From contig CAVYKI010000003.1 in assembly GCA_963769025.1 (NCBI GenBank), positions 832,001-896,000 of the forward strand: a stretch of DNA of 64,000 bases, read 5' to 3'. A program made the translations under genes and the position numbers. Positions 1 to 9,070 of the stretch are shown piece by piece (the first letter of the stretch is position 1; each line of letters opens with the position of its first letter). This stretch comes from an uncultured Verrucomicrobiae bacterium (lineage in GTDB: Bacteria; Verrucomicrobiota; Verrucomicrobiia; Chthoniobacterales; Chthoniobacteraceae). The notes below the pieces were generated by a model. The model did no database searches and had not been told where the DNA came from. It saw only the letters and a list, made by a program, of their open reading frames with translations.

Positions 1-1112
1 AACGGTCCGACGATGAAGAGCAGCAGCTTGTGCAGCGAGAGGATCTGCTGCTTGGTGAGCTGGTAGGCGTCGAGCGTCAGCACCAGCTTGCTGGAGCCGG
101 GCGTCTTCTCCGCCGCGCCGCCGACGAAAGTATCCGTGTATTCAATCGTGCCGGAGAGCGAAGGCACCGTGTTGTCCACCGCGAAGAACGCGTCCTCGTC
201 GCTCAGCTTCTTGAAGGCGTCGGACTCCGTGGTCTTCGGCCGGTTCGCGTCCTCGTTCCAGCGCAGGTTGAATTCATATTTGCTCTTGCCGTTCGATTCG
301 CGCTGCGGGTCCTCCACGAATTTGATCGAGCCGGTGATCGTATCCGCCACGGCCTTCCCGTCGTACATATAGTTCATCTTGATGCCGTTCGTGTAGTAGT
401 TGCCCGTGTCGTAGTCGTACACGAGGTCGCCATTCACCGTCGTCTCCGCGTAGGCCTCCGCCGGGCCGGCCGGCAGCACGAGTCCCTCGAAGCGCAGCGG
501 GTCATTGCCCTTGCTCTCGATCTTCACCGTCTTGCCGCCGATGTTGCGCACAAAGGAGAGCGCCTTCTGGCCCGCCGTCTTATCCTTGCCGGCTTTGCCG
601 TAGTAGGCCCCGCGCGCCTTGGATTCAAATGCGCGCGCCTTGCCCACCTGGTTGATCGCCATGCGCACGCCCGACGGATCATACTTTCCATCCGCGCCGA
701 GCGCCACGTTGCCGACGAGCACGCCGACGGTCTTTTTCTGCGCGGGATTTGCGGGATTCAGCACGCTCACATTCACTTCGAATCCGAGGCCCGCCTCCTG
801 AGCCGTCTTGTAGCCGCCCCATTTCGTGAGGTTCGGCAGGCGGACGATCTTCCCGCTGAACTCCGTCGTCCCCGCGACGGTCAGCGCCATCGTGTAGGTG
901 TCCTTGACGCCCGGCTTCGGCTTGCCTTTGTCGTCCGTGTTTTTGCGCGACGCGTAATCAATGTCCATCGTGCCGCTGATGGCCTTGGGCAGGTTCAGCT
1001 TTTCCGCTTCCTGCGCGCGCGCCGGGAGCGGGCTGAAGATCAGCGCGCTGAGCGTCGTTACCAGCGCGAGGAAGGTGCGTGTGCCTTTGGGTGGGGTGGT
1101 CGTGGATTGCAT
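1..1112 (-). CDS. Secreted hypothetical protein, 3' end outside window
   Basis: Manual translation from ATG at 1112: MQSTTTPPKGTRTFLALVTTLSALIFSPLPARAQEAEKLNLPKAISGTMDIDY...; signal peptide ending ARA|Q; Lys/Thr/Gly-rich; absent from ORF track, consistent with running off the edge. Confidence 0.75.
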   Translation of the reverse strand, partial: MQSTTTPPKGTRTFLALVTTLSALIFSPLPARAQEAEKLNLPKAISGTMDIDYASRKNTDDKGKPKPGVKDTYTMALTVAGTTEFSGKIVRLPNLTKWGGYKTAQEAGLGFEVNVSVLNPANPAQKKTVGVLVGNVALGADGKYDPSGVRMAINQVGKARAFESKARGAYYGKAGKDKTAGQKALSFVRNIGGKTVKIESKGNDPLRFEGLVLPAGPAEAYAETTVNGDLVYDYDTGNYYTNGIKMNYMYDGKAVADTITGSIKFVEDPQRESNGKSKYEFNLRWNEDANRPKTTESDAFKKLSDEDAFFAVDNTVPSLSGTIEYTDTFVGGAAEKTPGSSKLVLTLDAYQLTKQQILSLHKLLLFIVGP

Positions 1113-1355
1113 ATCGTGTGTTTGGTTGATTTTCAGTTCGGAAAATGAGGAAACCGCTGGCACCTTCAAAGAGCTGGGGCTGGATCGCGCATAGCCGCAC
1201 AGCGCATCGGAAAGGTGCCGCGATGCTCAGGCCCACGGGTTTGCAACGCAAGGAGAAAGAGGAAGGAAGAAGGAAGCACGTGGCAGGATGCGCCAGCCAC
1301 CGGCATGCAAAAGGCACGGCTCGCTTTGCCGGGGGATTTCGTTTCTCATTCGGGA

Positions 1356-1979
1356 ATGAGTGAAGTCGCCACATGGATTCGGGAATGCGATGAGGCGCTG
1401 TTCGCGCGGTTTCTCGACCGGCATCCGGGCGTTTCGTTTTCAAATGCGCGACGCGGAGCGGTGGATCTCGAAGCGGCGCGGGGCGTCTTGATCACCGGCG
1501 GGCCGGACATTGCGCTGGAATTCCACGCCGAGCCGCCGCGCGAACACTGGCTCATCCGCGATCCCGACCCCGTGCGCGACAAATGGGAATTTGAAGCGGT
1601 GCGTTTCGCCTACGAGCGCCGGCTGCCGCTTTTCTGCATCTGCAAAGGCGTGCAGGTGCTGAATGTCGCGCTCGGCGGCACGCTGCACGTGGACATTTCC
1701 GGGCACGATCTCCCGGAGATGAAATCGGCGAACGTGCAGCCGTTGCGCCATGCGGGCGGCGTGCGGCATCGCTTTGAGAAGGTGAACAGCTCACATCATC
1801 AGGCGCTGGATCGCGTGGCGGACGCGCTGGAGGTCGAGGCCTGGCATGCCGGGGACGGGATCATCGAGCAGGTGCGGCTCCGTGATTATCCGTGGGGGAT
1901 CGGCGTCCAGTACCATCCCGAGCGCGACCTGATGTATGCGAGCCTGTTCGACGATTTCTTCGGGCAACTCGCACGCTGA
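1356..1979 (+). CDS. Gamma-glutamyl-GABA hydrolase family / peptidase C26 (class I glutamine amidotransferase)
   Basis: ITGGPDI, ICKGVQVLNVALGGTL nucleophile elbow, VNSSHHQA, GVQYHPE. Confidence 0.9.
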   Translation: MSEVATWIRECDEALFARFLDRHPGVSFSNARRGAVDLEAARGVLITGGPDIALEFHAEPPREHWLIRDPDPVRDKWEFEAVRFAYERRLPLFCICKGVQVLNVALGGTLHVDISGHDLPEMKSANVQPLRHAGGVRHRFEKVNSSHHQALDRVADALEVEAWHAGDGIIEQVRLRDYPWGIGVQYHPERDLMYASLFDDFFGQLAR

Positions 1980-2108
1980 GCGCGGAGCCGGGAGACGCGG
2001 GCAAAGCCGGGTTGACACACTCCTTCGCGAGGATAACGGTCCCGCCATTCAGCGTCGCTGGATGCCCCCCACTCCCGCGTCCAACACCGGAAACTCCATT
2101 CCCTGCCC

Positions 2109-3224
2109 ATGAAACCTCGCCACTTCACCCCGGGAAAATCGCGCTGCATCACATTCCTCGTCGCTCTCGGAGCCTGGCTCGCCGCTCCGCCGGAGACATC
2201 CGGGCAGGGCTGCGTGGCGGTGCGCGGAGGCGGGCAATGTTCGCTGACGGGAAGTTTTTTGACAGGCGATGGCGCCGGCTATCCGAAGCCCGGCGACTGG
2301 CTGGCGTCGCTGAGCTACCGGTTCATTCATTCCGAGCGCCTTTTTGCCGAGGACAGCGAGTTTACGGCTCCCTCGGCGTTCGATGCGCAGCCCATCGCCA
2401 ACTCGCACTTCGTCGACCTCTCCGTGCTGTACACGGTGACCCCGCGGTTCAGCGTCGGACTCACCCTGCCATTCACCTACTCGGTCCGCTCGACGAAGTA
2501 CGAGCACGACGGCCTCACCCGCCGCGACAGTGAGGCAGGCGGGATCGGGGACGTCCGGCTCACGGCCTACTATTGGCTGCTGGACCCGGAGAAGAGCCCG
2601 AAAGGGAACATCTCGCTCGGAATCGGCCCGAAGTTTCCGACGGGCGACTACAATGCGCAGGACACCTTTTACACGGCGACCGGCGCGGTGAAACGCGCAG
2701 TGGACCCGTCCATCCAGCCGGGCGACGGCGGGTTCGGATTTTCCGCGGACATCCTCGCGTTTCGCGAGCTCGGGCCGCGATGGCAGGCGTACTTTCAGGG
2801 GTCGTACCTTTTCAATCCGCAGGACACGAACGGCGTGCCCGTGACCGGCGGCCCGCCAAACATCCTTTCGGTCACTTCCATCGCGGATCAATTCAGCGCA
2901 CGTTTCGGCGCGTCGTTCGCGCTCATCCCGGAGTGGGGCCTCTCGGTGACCCTTGGGCCGCGGATCGATGGCGTGCCGGCGACGGATGCTTTCGGCGACA
3001 GCAACGGCTTCCGCCGGCCCGGCTACGCCATCTCCGTCGAGCCCGGCATCACGTGGATGAAAAACGGATGGACGGTCTCCCTCACCACGCCTGTGGCGCT
3101 CTACCGGAACCGCATCCAGAGCAACGAGGACAAGCGCATCGCCGCCATCACCGGAACTCCGCACACGGGCGATGCCGCGTTTGCCGATTATTTCATCACC
3201 GCCAGCATCTCGCGGCGGTTCTGA
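2109..3224 (+). CDS. Outer-membrane beta-barrel 'transporter' (MetA-pathway/phenol-degradation channel-like)
   Basis: Signal peptide, GGIGDVRL, LGIGPKFPTGDY, IQPGDGG, alternating beta strands, C-terminal Phe. Confidence 0.65.
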   Translation: MKPRHFTPGKSRCITFLVALGAWLAAPPETSGQGCVAVRGGGQCSLTGSFLTGDGAGYPKPGDWLASLSYRFIHSERLFAEDSEFTAPSAFDAQPIANSHFVDLSVLYTVTPRFSVGLTLPFTYSVRSTKYEHDGLTRRDSEAGGIGDVRLTAYYWLLDPEKSPKGNISLGIGPKFPTGDYNAQDTFYTATGAVKRAVDPSIQPGDGGFGFSADILAFRELGPRWQAYFQGSYLFNPQDTNGVPVTGGPPNILSVTSIADQFSARFGASFALIPEWGLSVTLGPRIDGVPATDAFGDSNGFRRPGYAISVEPGITWMKNGWTVSLTTPVALYRNRIQSNEDKRIAAITGTPHTGDAAFADYFITASISRRF

Positions 3225-3412
3225 CCGGGCCGGTTTCCGCGGCAAGGCACGTCAGCCTCGAACAATTTTGACCGTTTCCGGTCTTCACGATGTCCACAGA
3301 CTGACGTGCAACCGCTGAATCGAAACGCGTGAAAACAAGGCCGTATGGAGCCGCCAAAAGTCATCCCGCACGCCACGCCGCGGCTGGCGGCTGAACCCGG
3401 AAAACGGATTCC

Positions 3413-4165
3413 TCAGCGGCGGCGCGGGAGATTCCGCCACGGCTTCACGTGCACCTTGGGCGGGGCGGGCTTTTCATCGGCCGGCTCGATCGGTGCCACC
3501 TCGGCGACGTAGATCATGTGGGCGGCGCGCTTGGCGCGGTCGTGGGCCTTGGCGGGATAGGCGGTGGCCTTGAAGCCGTGGCGCTTCAGGCTCTGCACGA
3601 AGCCGGGCTCGGGACATGCGGACCAGAAGGCAACCTCGCCGCCCTCGCGCAGCGAGCGGGCGATGAGGCCGAAGCCGCGGCTGCCGTAGATGCGCGAGTT
3701 CTTTTTCTGCACGAAGGAAGTGGGGCCATTGTCCACGTCGAGGAGTATGGCGTCGTAGCTGGGCTTCGGGGCCTGGAGGAGGACATCGAAGACATCGCGG
3801 GGGATCACTTTCACGCGGGGATCGTCGAGCAGCCTGCCGTTCACATTGCCGAGGAATTCGCGGTTCCACGCGACGACTTCGGGGAGCAGTTCGGCGACGT
3901 GGACGGTGGCGTCGGGGCCGACGATCTCCAACACGCGCTGGAGGCTGTAGCCGAGGCCGAGGCCGCCGATAAGCACGGCGGGGTTCGCATGTCCGCGCAA
4001 CCGGCGGCAGGGCAGCTCCGCGAGCGCCAGTTCGGAAGTCGTGGAGGTGGTGCTCATGAGCTGGCGGCCGTTCAGCTTCAGGAAATATTCGCCGTCGTGC
4101 TCGTGCAGGGTGAATCGCGAACCGTCGGGGGTGTGGGTCTCGGCGAGGGTGCGGAATGGTTTCAC
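3413..4165 (-). CDS. Spermidine-synthase-like SAM-dependent methyltransferase
   Basis: VLIGGLGLGYS SAM motif, VAELLPEVVAWNR, YDAILLDVDNGP. Confidence 0.85.
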   Translation of the reverse strand: MKPFRTLAETHTPDGSRFTLHEHDGEYFLKLNGRQLMSTTSTTSELALAELPCRRLRGHANPAVLIGGLGLGYSLQRVLEIVGPDATVHVAELLPEVVAWNREFLGNVNGRLLDDPRVKVIPRDVFDVLLQAPKPSYDAILLDVDNGPTSFVQKKNSRIYGSRGFGLIARSLREGGEVAFWSACPEPGFVQSLKRHGFKATAYPAKAHDRAKRAAHMIYVAEVAPIEPADEKPAPPKVHVKPWRNLPRRR

Positions 4166-4271
4166 GATTGGTCAGCGGATGGATTGCGCGGGAGGAATAG
4201 ACGCGCCGATGGGAAAGGCACGCGAATACGTCGCACCGATCCGCTGCCGCCGACAGGGGGAAGATTTTGGA

Positions 4272-4455
4272 AACGCAGAGGCGCAGAGGCGCGGAGGAAG
4301 AACAGGCGTGCTCGGACTCGGAGCCGACGACGGCAGAAGGCGGGCACTTCTCTGCCGCCGTGAGCCCGGAGTGAAAGGATAGCCCGCCTCCTGCCGTCGG
4401 CGGCTACGGTGTCCAGTCCTGCATCGCTCTCGCCGCGTCTCCGCGTCTTTGCGTC
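4272..4455. repeat. Nested intergenic palindromic (REP-like) elements
   Basis: Outer arms aacgcagaggcgcagaggcgcggag ... ctccgcgtctttgcgt enclose inner arms gagccgacgacggcagaaggcgggc (4321-4345) / gcccgcctcctgccgtcggcggctac (4382-4407). Confidence 0.7.
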
Positions 4456-4480
4456 AAATTCGAAGCCCTGCCCGCCTTCG

Positions 4481-4951
4481 CTACTGCTCGCTGGGCGGGC
4501 GGAGGAAGTCGATCTTGTCGCCGACCTTTTTGCTCTCCCAGATTTCCTTCATCACCATCACGTCGTATTCGCGCTGGGCGGACTCAACCCACACCTTCAA
4601 TGAATAGCCGGTGTCGGCGGTTTTTTCGGTCACGCCTTTGCGGCTCACGGTCATGAGCGTCTCGCGCAATCCGGGCTCGGCCTTCGCGCGGATCACGCCG
4701 GAGAGCATGTTCTTTGGCGGCTGGCCGGATTGAAAAACGGCCGCGATGATGAAGCCGAGCACGAGGAGCGCGATGAGCACGCCGATGATGACGTCGCGGC
4801 GGTTCACGCCTTTGACCACGAGGTGCGGACGCGGGGCGGGCGCGGGAGCCGCGGTCTGCGGCGCCGGGCTCGCCGCCGTCGCGGGTGCAGGCTTCGGCAC
4901 CGGGTTCGCTTCGGGTTTGGACTCGGGCTGCGGGGCTGGATTCGGGTTCAC
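4481..4951 (-). CDS. Hypothetical single-pass membrane protein with Pro/Ala-rich N-terminus
   Basis: 156-aa ORF with one hydrophobic helix; start overlaps stop of the upstream AI-2E gene. Confidence 0.7.
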   Translation of the reverse strand: MNPNPAPQPESKPEANPVPKPAPATAASPAPQTAAPAPAPRPHLVVKGVNRRDVIIGVLIALLVLGFIIAAVFQSGQPPKNMLSGVIRAKAEPGLRETLMTVSRKGVTEKTADTGYSLKVWVESAQREYDVMVMKEIWESKKVGDKIDFLRPPSEQ

Positions 4952-6468
4952 GAGATTGGAGGGGTTTCCGCAAGCGGAGGATTTTCCGGAGCGGGCACAG
5001 CAATGTTACGCTCCCACACGTAGCGTTTCAAGATAACCTTCGACGCGGCGGTGAGCGGCACTGCGAGGATCGCGCCGAGCAGCCCGCCGAGCAGCAGCGA
5101 CCAGAGGAAGACCGAGAAGATGACCGTGACCGGGTGCAGGCCGACGCGTTCGCCGACGATGCGCGGCGTGACGAAGAGGCCATCCACCTGCTGCACGATG
5201 GCAAAGACGCCTGTGACCACGACGGGGAAGACCCACCACGCCGCGCTCGCTGGCACCAGCCAGCTCCCACCTTGCACCGAGGCAATGATGACGGCGGGAA
5301 TCCAGCACAGCGTGATGCCGATGTACGGGATGATGCCGAGGAAGCAGAGGCCGAGGCCGATGAGGATTCCGAAGTCGAGGCCGACGATGCCGAGCAACGT
5401 GCCGGTGGCGATGCCGTTGATGGTGCTGACGACGAGCTGGCCTCGGAAGAATGCGATGAGGTAGCTGTTCACCTCGGTGAGGCACGCGACCACCTCGTCC
5501 TTGAACTTGCTGGCCCGCAACGGCACGTACTTCGTCCACGACGCGGCGATGTGCGGGGACTCGGCGAGGAAGTAGAAAAGATAGAGCGGGATGATGATGA
5601 GCGAGAGCAGGAAGCCGAAGATGCCGAGGAACCCGCCGAGGCTCGAATTGAAGAATCCCCAGACGGTGTCGAAGATGCGCGGCAGCGACTTGTTCAGCCA
5701 TTCGCCGGTGCTGATGTTGCGGATGACCTCCTCGGGGTTTGGCACCGCGGCAGCCTTTGGAGAGACGGGCTTCGGGACGGCTTCGACGGGCGGTGGCGCA
5801 GGCGCGGCTTCGGCTGCCGCCGCAACCACGGGCGCAGGCGCAGGCACCGGCGCAGGCACCGGCGCAGGCACCGGCGTGGGAGCGGGTGTTTCCGCCCCGA
5901 CGGGATTCACGGGCGCGGGTGCGGGTGCGGGCTTTGGCTTTTCCGGTTCGGCGGGCTTGGGCTCGGGCAGGGGCGCGGGCTTGGTGATTTCGTAGAGCTC
6001 GTCGGGGATGACGCGGAGCCCGTATTTCTCGCGGATGTCGAGGGCGAAGTTGGAGATGCCCTTCCGGACGGTCCGCGTGATGTCGGGGACCTTTTTCGCG
6101 AGCTTCGCGGTCTGCCCGGAGATTACCGGGAGGATCCAGAACATGATGCCGGCGAACGCGAGCGAGGTGACCACGAAGACCGCCGTGACGGCGCGGCGGC
6201 GCGTCGTCCCGAATCGCACGAGCCGCTCGACCAGCGGTTCGAGCAGGTAGGCGAGCACGCCGGCGATCGCGAAGGGCACGAGGATCGGCTGCAGGTAGGC
6301 CATCACCTGCGAAAAAATGTAAATGAACCAGACCGCGAGCGCGAGCGTCGCCGCTACGGAGACCGTGGCGAGTGCAGTCCACATCGTCTTGCGCTGCCAG
6401 GGCGTCGGGAAACGGAGTAAGCCGCCCACTTCATTCTGTGGCACTGGCGGCAGTTCCGGCGGGTTCAT
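4948..6468 (-). CDS. AI-2E family transporter (PerM/TqsA-like) with Pro/Ala-rich insertion
   Basis: LAYLLEPLV, FFRGQL, IPYIG, PRIVGERVGLHP, GAILAVPLTA; start taken at MNPPELPP. Confidence 0.9.
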   Translation of the reverse strand: MNPPELPPVPQNEVGGLLRFPTPWQRKTMWTALATVSVAATLALAVWFIYIFSQVMAYLQPILVPFAIAGVLAYLLEPLVERLVRFGTTRRRAVTAVFVVTSLAFAGIMFWILPVISGQTAKLAKKVPDITRTVRKGISNFALDIREKYGLRVIPDELYEITKPAPLPEPKPAEPEKPKPAPAPAPVNPVGAETPAPTPVPAPVPAPVPAPAPVVAAAAEAAPAPPPVEAVPKPVSPKAAAVPNPEEVIRNISTGEWLNKSLPRIFDTVWGFFNSSLGGFLGIFGFLLSLIIIPLYLFYFLAESPHIAASWTKYVPLRASKFKDEVVACLTEVNSYLIAFFRGQLVVSTINGIATGTLLGIVGLDFGILIGLGLCFLGIIPYIGITLCWIPAVIIASVQGGSWLVPASAAWWVFPVVVTGVFAIVQQVDGLFVTPRIVGERVGLHPVTVIFSVFLWSLLLGGLLGAILAVPLTAASKVILKRYVWERNIAVPAPENPPLAETPPIS

Positions 6469-6610
6469 CGCGGGGACCGTGCGCGGAGTCGCCGCGGGCA
6501 GCAAGCACAAGTGCGTGACGTTTCCGCGGCGCCGCGATCCCGCCCGCCCGGGCGTGGCCGTCCACAAAGCCGCTCGCCTTTTCCCGCATCGCGGGCATCT
6601 TGCCGGGTCC

Positions 6611-7111
6611 ATGCAGAATCCGTCGTCCCAGCGCGCCTTCACGCTCATCGAGCTGATGCTGGCGATCGCGATCGCGATCGCGGTGACGGCGCTGGCGGTC
6701 CCGAACATGCGCGGGGCGGCGGCGGAGCGGCGGCTCAACGAGACCTTTGAGCGCTTCGACGCGCTGGCGCGAAAGGCGCAGCTCTACGCGGTGCGCGAGC
6801 AACGCTCGTGGACGCTCATCTTCGACCCGGGGCAGATCTCAGTGCAGCCGGATGAGCCGACGCCCGAGGAGCGCGAGGCCGGCGGCAGCCCGCTCCAGGA
6901 AGTGCTCACGGCCGGCGAGGGCGAGAGCTACGCGCTCCAGCGGCATGCGTCGCTGCTCGCCCCGAAGGACACTTTTGCCGAATGGACCTTCTGGCGCAGC
7001 GGCACGTGCGAGCCGGTCATCGTGAGCTATGACGGCCCCGATGGCACGTGGTCGGCGCAATACAACCCGCTGACGGGGCATGGCGAAATCACCGATCAGG
7101 TCGTCCGATGA
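6611..7111 (+). CDS. Type II secretion minor pseudopilin, GspH/FimT-like
   Basis: Prepilin motif QRA|FTLIELMLAIAI; first gene of an overlapping cluster. Confidence 0.8.
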   Translation: MQNPSSQRAFTLIELMLAIAIAIAVTALAVPNMRGAAAERRLNETFERFDALARKAQLYAVREQRSWTLIFDPGQISVQPDEPTPEEREAGGSPLQEVLTAGEGESYALQRHASLLAPKDTFAEWTFWRSGTCEPVIVSYDGPDGTWSAQYNPLTGHGEITDQVVR

Positions 7112-7521
7112 ATGCGCTGCGCCGTTTATCCCGAAAGACCGGGGGCTTCCTGCTGCTGGATTGCATGCTGGCGGTGGCGATATTCGGCTTCGGCGTGATC
7201 GCGCTCGGACGCTCGGTGGAAAACTGTCTGCGGGCCGAACGCTTCCGCCGCGAAGAGGGCCTCGCGCAGCGGCTGCTGCAAAATTACATGGTGCAGATCG
7301 AGACCGAGGCGCTGCCGCTCGCGGACCAGATGACCGAGCAGCTCAAGGGCGCGTGGACGGGCATGACGCTGAACATCACCCGCGAGCAACTGAAGCTCCA
7401 GAACGAAAAGGATCAGGAGCTTTTCGGGCTCTACAAGGTGACGCTCGACCTGAGCTGGAGCACGGGGACCGAGGTCATCCACCGCGATCTCTCGTTCATC
7501 CTTTATCCGAGGCAGCGATGA
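7108..7521 (+). CDS. Type II secretion minor pseudopilin, GspI-like
   Basis: KTGG|FLLLDCMLAVAIF prepilin-like N-terminus, small size, ATGA overlaps on both sides. Confidence 0.7.
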   Translation: MNALRRLSRKTGGFLLLDCMLAVAIFGFGVIALGRSVENCLRAERFRREEGLAQRLLQNYMVQIETEALPLADQMTEQLKGAWTGMTLNITREQLKLQNEKDQELFGLYKVTLDLSWSTGTEVIHRDLSFILYPRQR

Positions 7522-8165
7522 GGACTCTCCCGCACCGCAGGAATGCGTTCACGCTGATCGAGGTCATGCTGGCCGTGGCGATCCTTTCGCTCACCACACT
7601 TGGCATTTTCCGCTTCGTGCAATCCACCGTGCGCGCCGTCGCCGCGTCCGTGGAGGATACCGAGGAGCAGCTCGCGGTGGACCGGCTCGCCGCGCTGGTG
7701 CAGGAGGAACTCTACAGCCTCCCCGTGCGAGGCCAGACGAACATCCAGGGCGAGGCCATCAAGCTGAACGGCGTGGATTTTGACGCCCTCGAATGGCGCT
7801 CGCGCGGCGGAGCGGGGCTGATGACCACGGCCGCCACGGGCGAGTACCGCGTGAAGCTGCGCATCCAGCCGATCGAGAAAAATTCGAACAAGTATGAGAT
7901 CGGCTTGTGGCGGCGGCCCGCGCTGCTGGACACGGCGGGGGGTCTCGTCGCCGGCGGGAGCGACAATGACGCCACATGGGTGCCGCTCCTGCAAAGGGCC
8001 GGGTCGCTGCGCCTGCGCTACTGGGATTCGCGGCTCGGCCAGCTGCTCGACTCGTGGCGCGACCCGACCGCGCGACCGTCCTTCATCATCATGAGTGTCA
8101 CGCTCGAGGGCGAGGCCGTGCCGTACGAGGCAGTGCTGCGCATTCCGATTTCCGCCGTGCAATGA
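7518..8165 (+). CDS. Type II secretion minor pseudopilin, GspJ-like
   Basis: RNA|FTLIEVMLAVAIL; C-terminal LRLRYWD...W...P pattern; position in cluster. Confidence 0.8.
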   Translation: MRTLPHRRNAFTLIEVMLAVAILSLTTLGIFRFVQSTVRAVAASVEDTEEQLAVDRLAALVQEELYSLPVRGQTNIQGEAIKLNGVDFDALEWRSRGGAGLMTTAATGEYRVKLRIQPIEKNSNKYEIGLWRRPALLDTAGGLVAGGSDNDATWVPLLQRAGSLRLRYWDSRLGQLLDSWRDPTARPSFIIMSVTLEGEAVPYEAVLRIPISAVQ

Positions 8166-9070
8166 TCGCGCCTCTCCGCTCCCGCCGCCGTGGCGCCGCG
8201 CTGCTCATCGCGCTCATGGCGATCGTCATCCTGTCCAGCGCGGTGCTGACCTGGTCGGCATACATCCGGCAGACGATCAGGGTCTCCGGCGAGACCTTCA
8301 ACGACACCGAGGCGCGGGCGATGGCGCACAGCGGCCTGGCGCTCGCGATGCACCCGCTCGCCAACAAGGAGACGCCCGTGCTGGCGATGGAGGAGGAGAA
8401 CGATCCCGGTTTCCGCGTGCGGCTGGTCAGCGAGGGCGCAAAGCTGAATCTCAACTTCCTTTTCGCCGGCGAAGACCAGCGCAAGCAGGACATCTTCCGC
8501 AAATGGCTGGAGAACCGCGGCATCGATTACCAGGCGCGGGACCACATGATCGACTGTCTCCTCGACTGGGTGGATGCGGACAGCGTCCGTCGTAACAACG
8601 GCCAGGAGGACGGGCCGAATTACCACCCGCCGAACCGCGGGCAATTCCTCACCGTGGACGAACTCGCCGAGGTCGCCGGCACCGAGCCGCTCACTTCGCA
8701 GCCGGGCTGGAAGGACGACCTCACCGTGTTTTCGCAGGGGCCGATCGATCTCTCGGCCGCGGACAAGCACATCCTCCGCCTGCTCCCCGGCGCGGGTGAC
8801 GACGGGATCGACCGCTTTCTCCAGTGGCGGCGCGGCGGCGACGAAATCGACGGGACGATCGACGATCCGGTGATCCAGAAGCTCGAGTCGGTGCAGGGAT
8901 TCCTGGGGATGAGCAAGTCGCAGTGGAATGCGCTGGGCGGGCTGATCACGCTCCGGGACAACACCTGGCAGATCATTTCCGAGGGCTGGTCGGGAAAAGT
9001 CGTTCGACAAGTGACCGTCGTGGTCCGTAAAGGAAGCCAGAACCCTCAAATTTTGAACTGGAAAGAATGA
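8162..9070 (+). CDS. gspK: Type II secretion protein GspK
   Basis: RRG|AALLIAL, EGAKLNLN, LLDWVDAD, F.TVDEL, IDLSAA. Confidence 0.88.
   Translation: MIAPLRSRRRGAALLIALMAIVILSSAVLTWSAYIRQTIRVSGETFNDTEARAMAHSGLALAMHPLANKETPVLAMEEENDPGFRVRLVSEGAKLNLNFLFAGEDQRKQDIFRKWLENRGIDYQARDHMIDCLLDWVDADSVRRNNGQEDGPNYHPPNRGQFLTVDELAEVAGTEPLTSQPGWKDDLTVFSQGPIDLSAADKHILRLLPGAGDDGIDRFLQWRRGGDEIDGTIDDPVIQKLESVQGFLGMSKSQWNALGGLITLRDNTWQIISEGWSGKVVRQVTVVVRKGSQNPQILNWKE

Noticed and set aside
30..1148. 372-aa + strand ORF and the many other long overlapping ORFs in the track
   Set aside because: Antisense or alternate-frame shadows typical of high-GC DNA; the recognisable genes lie in other frames.
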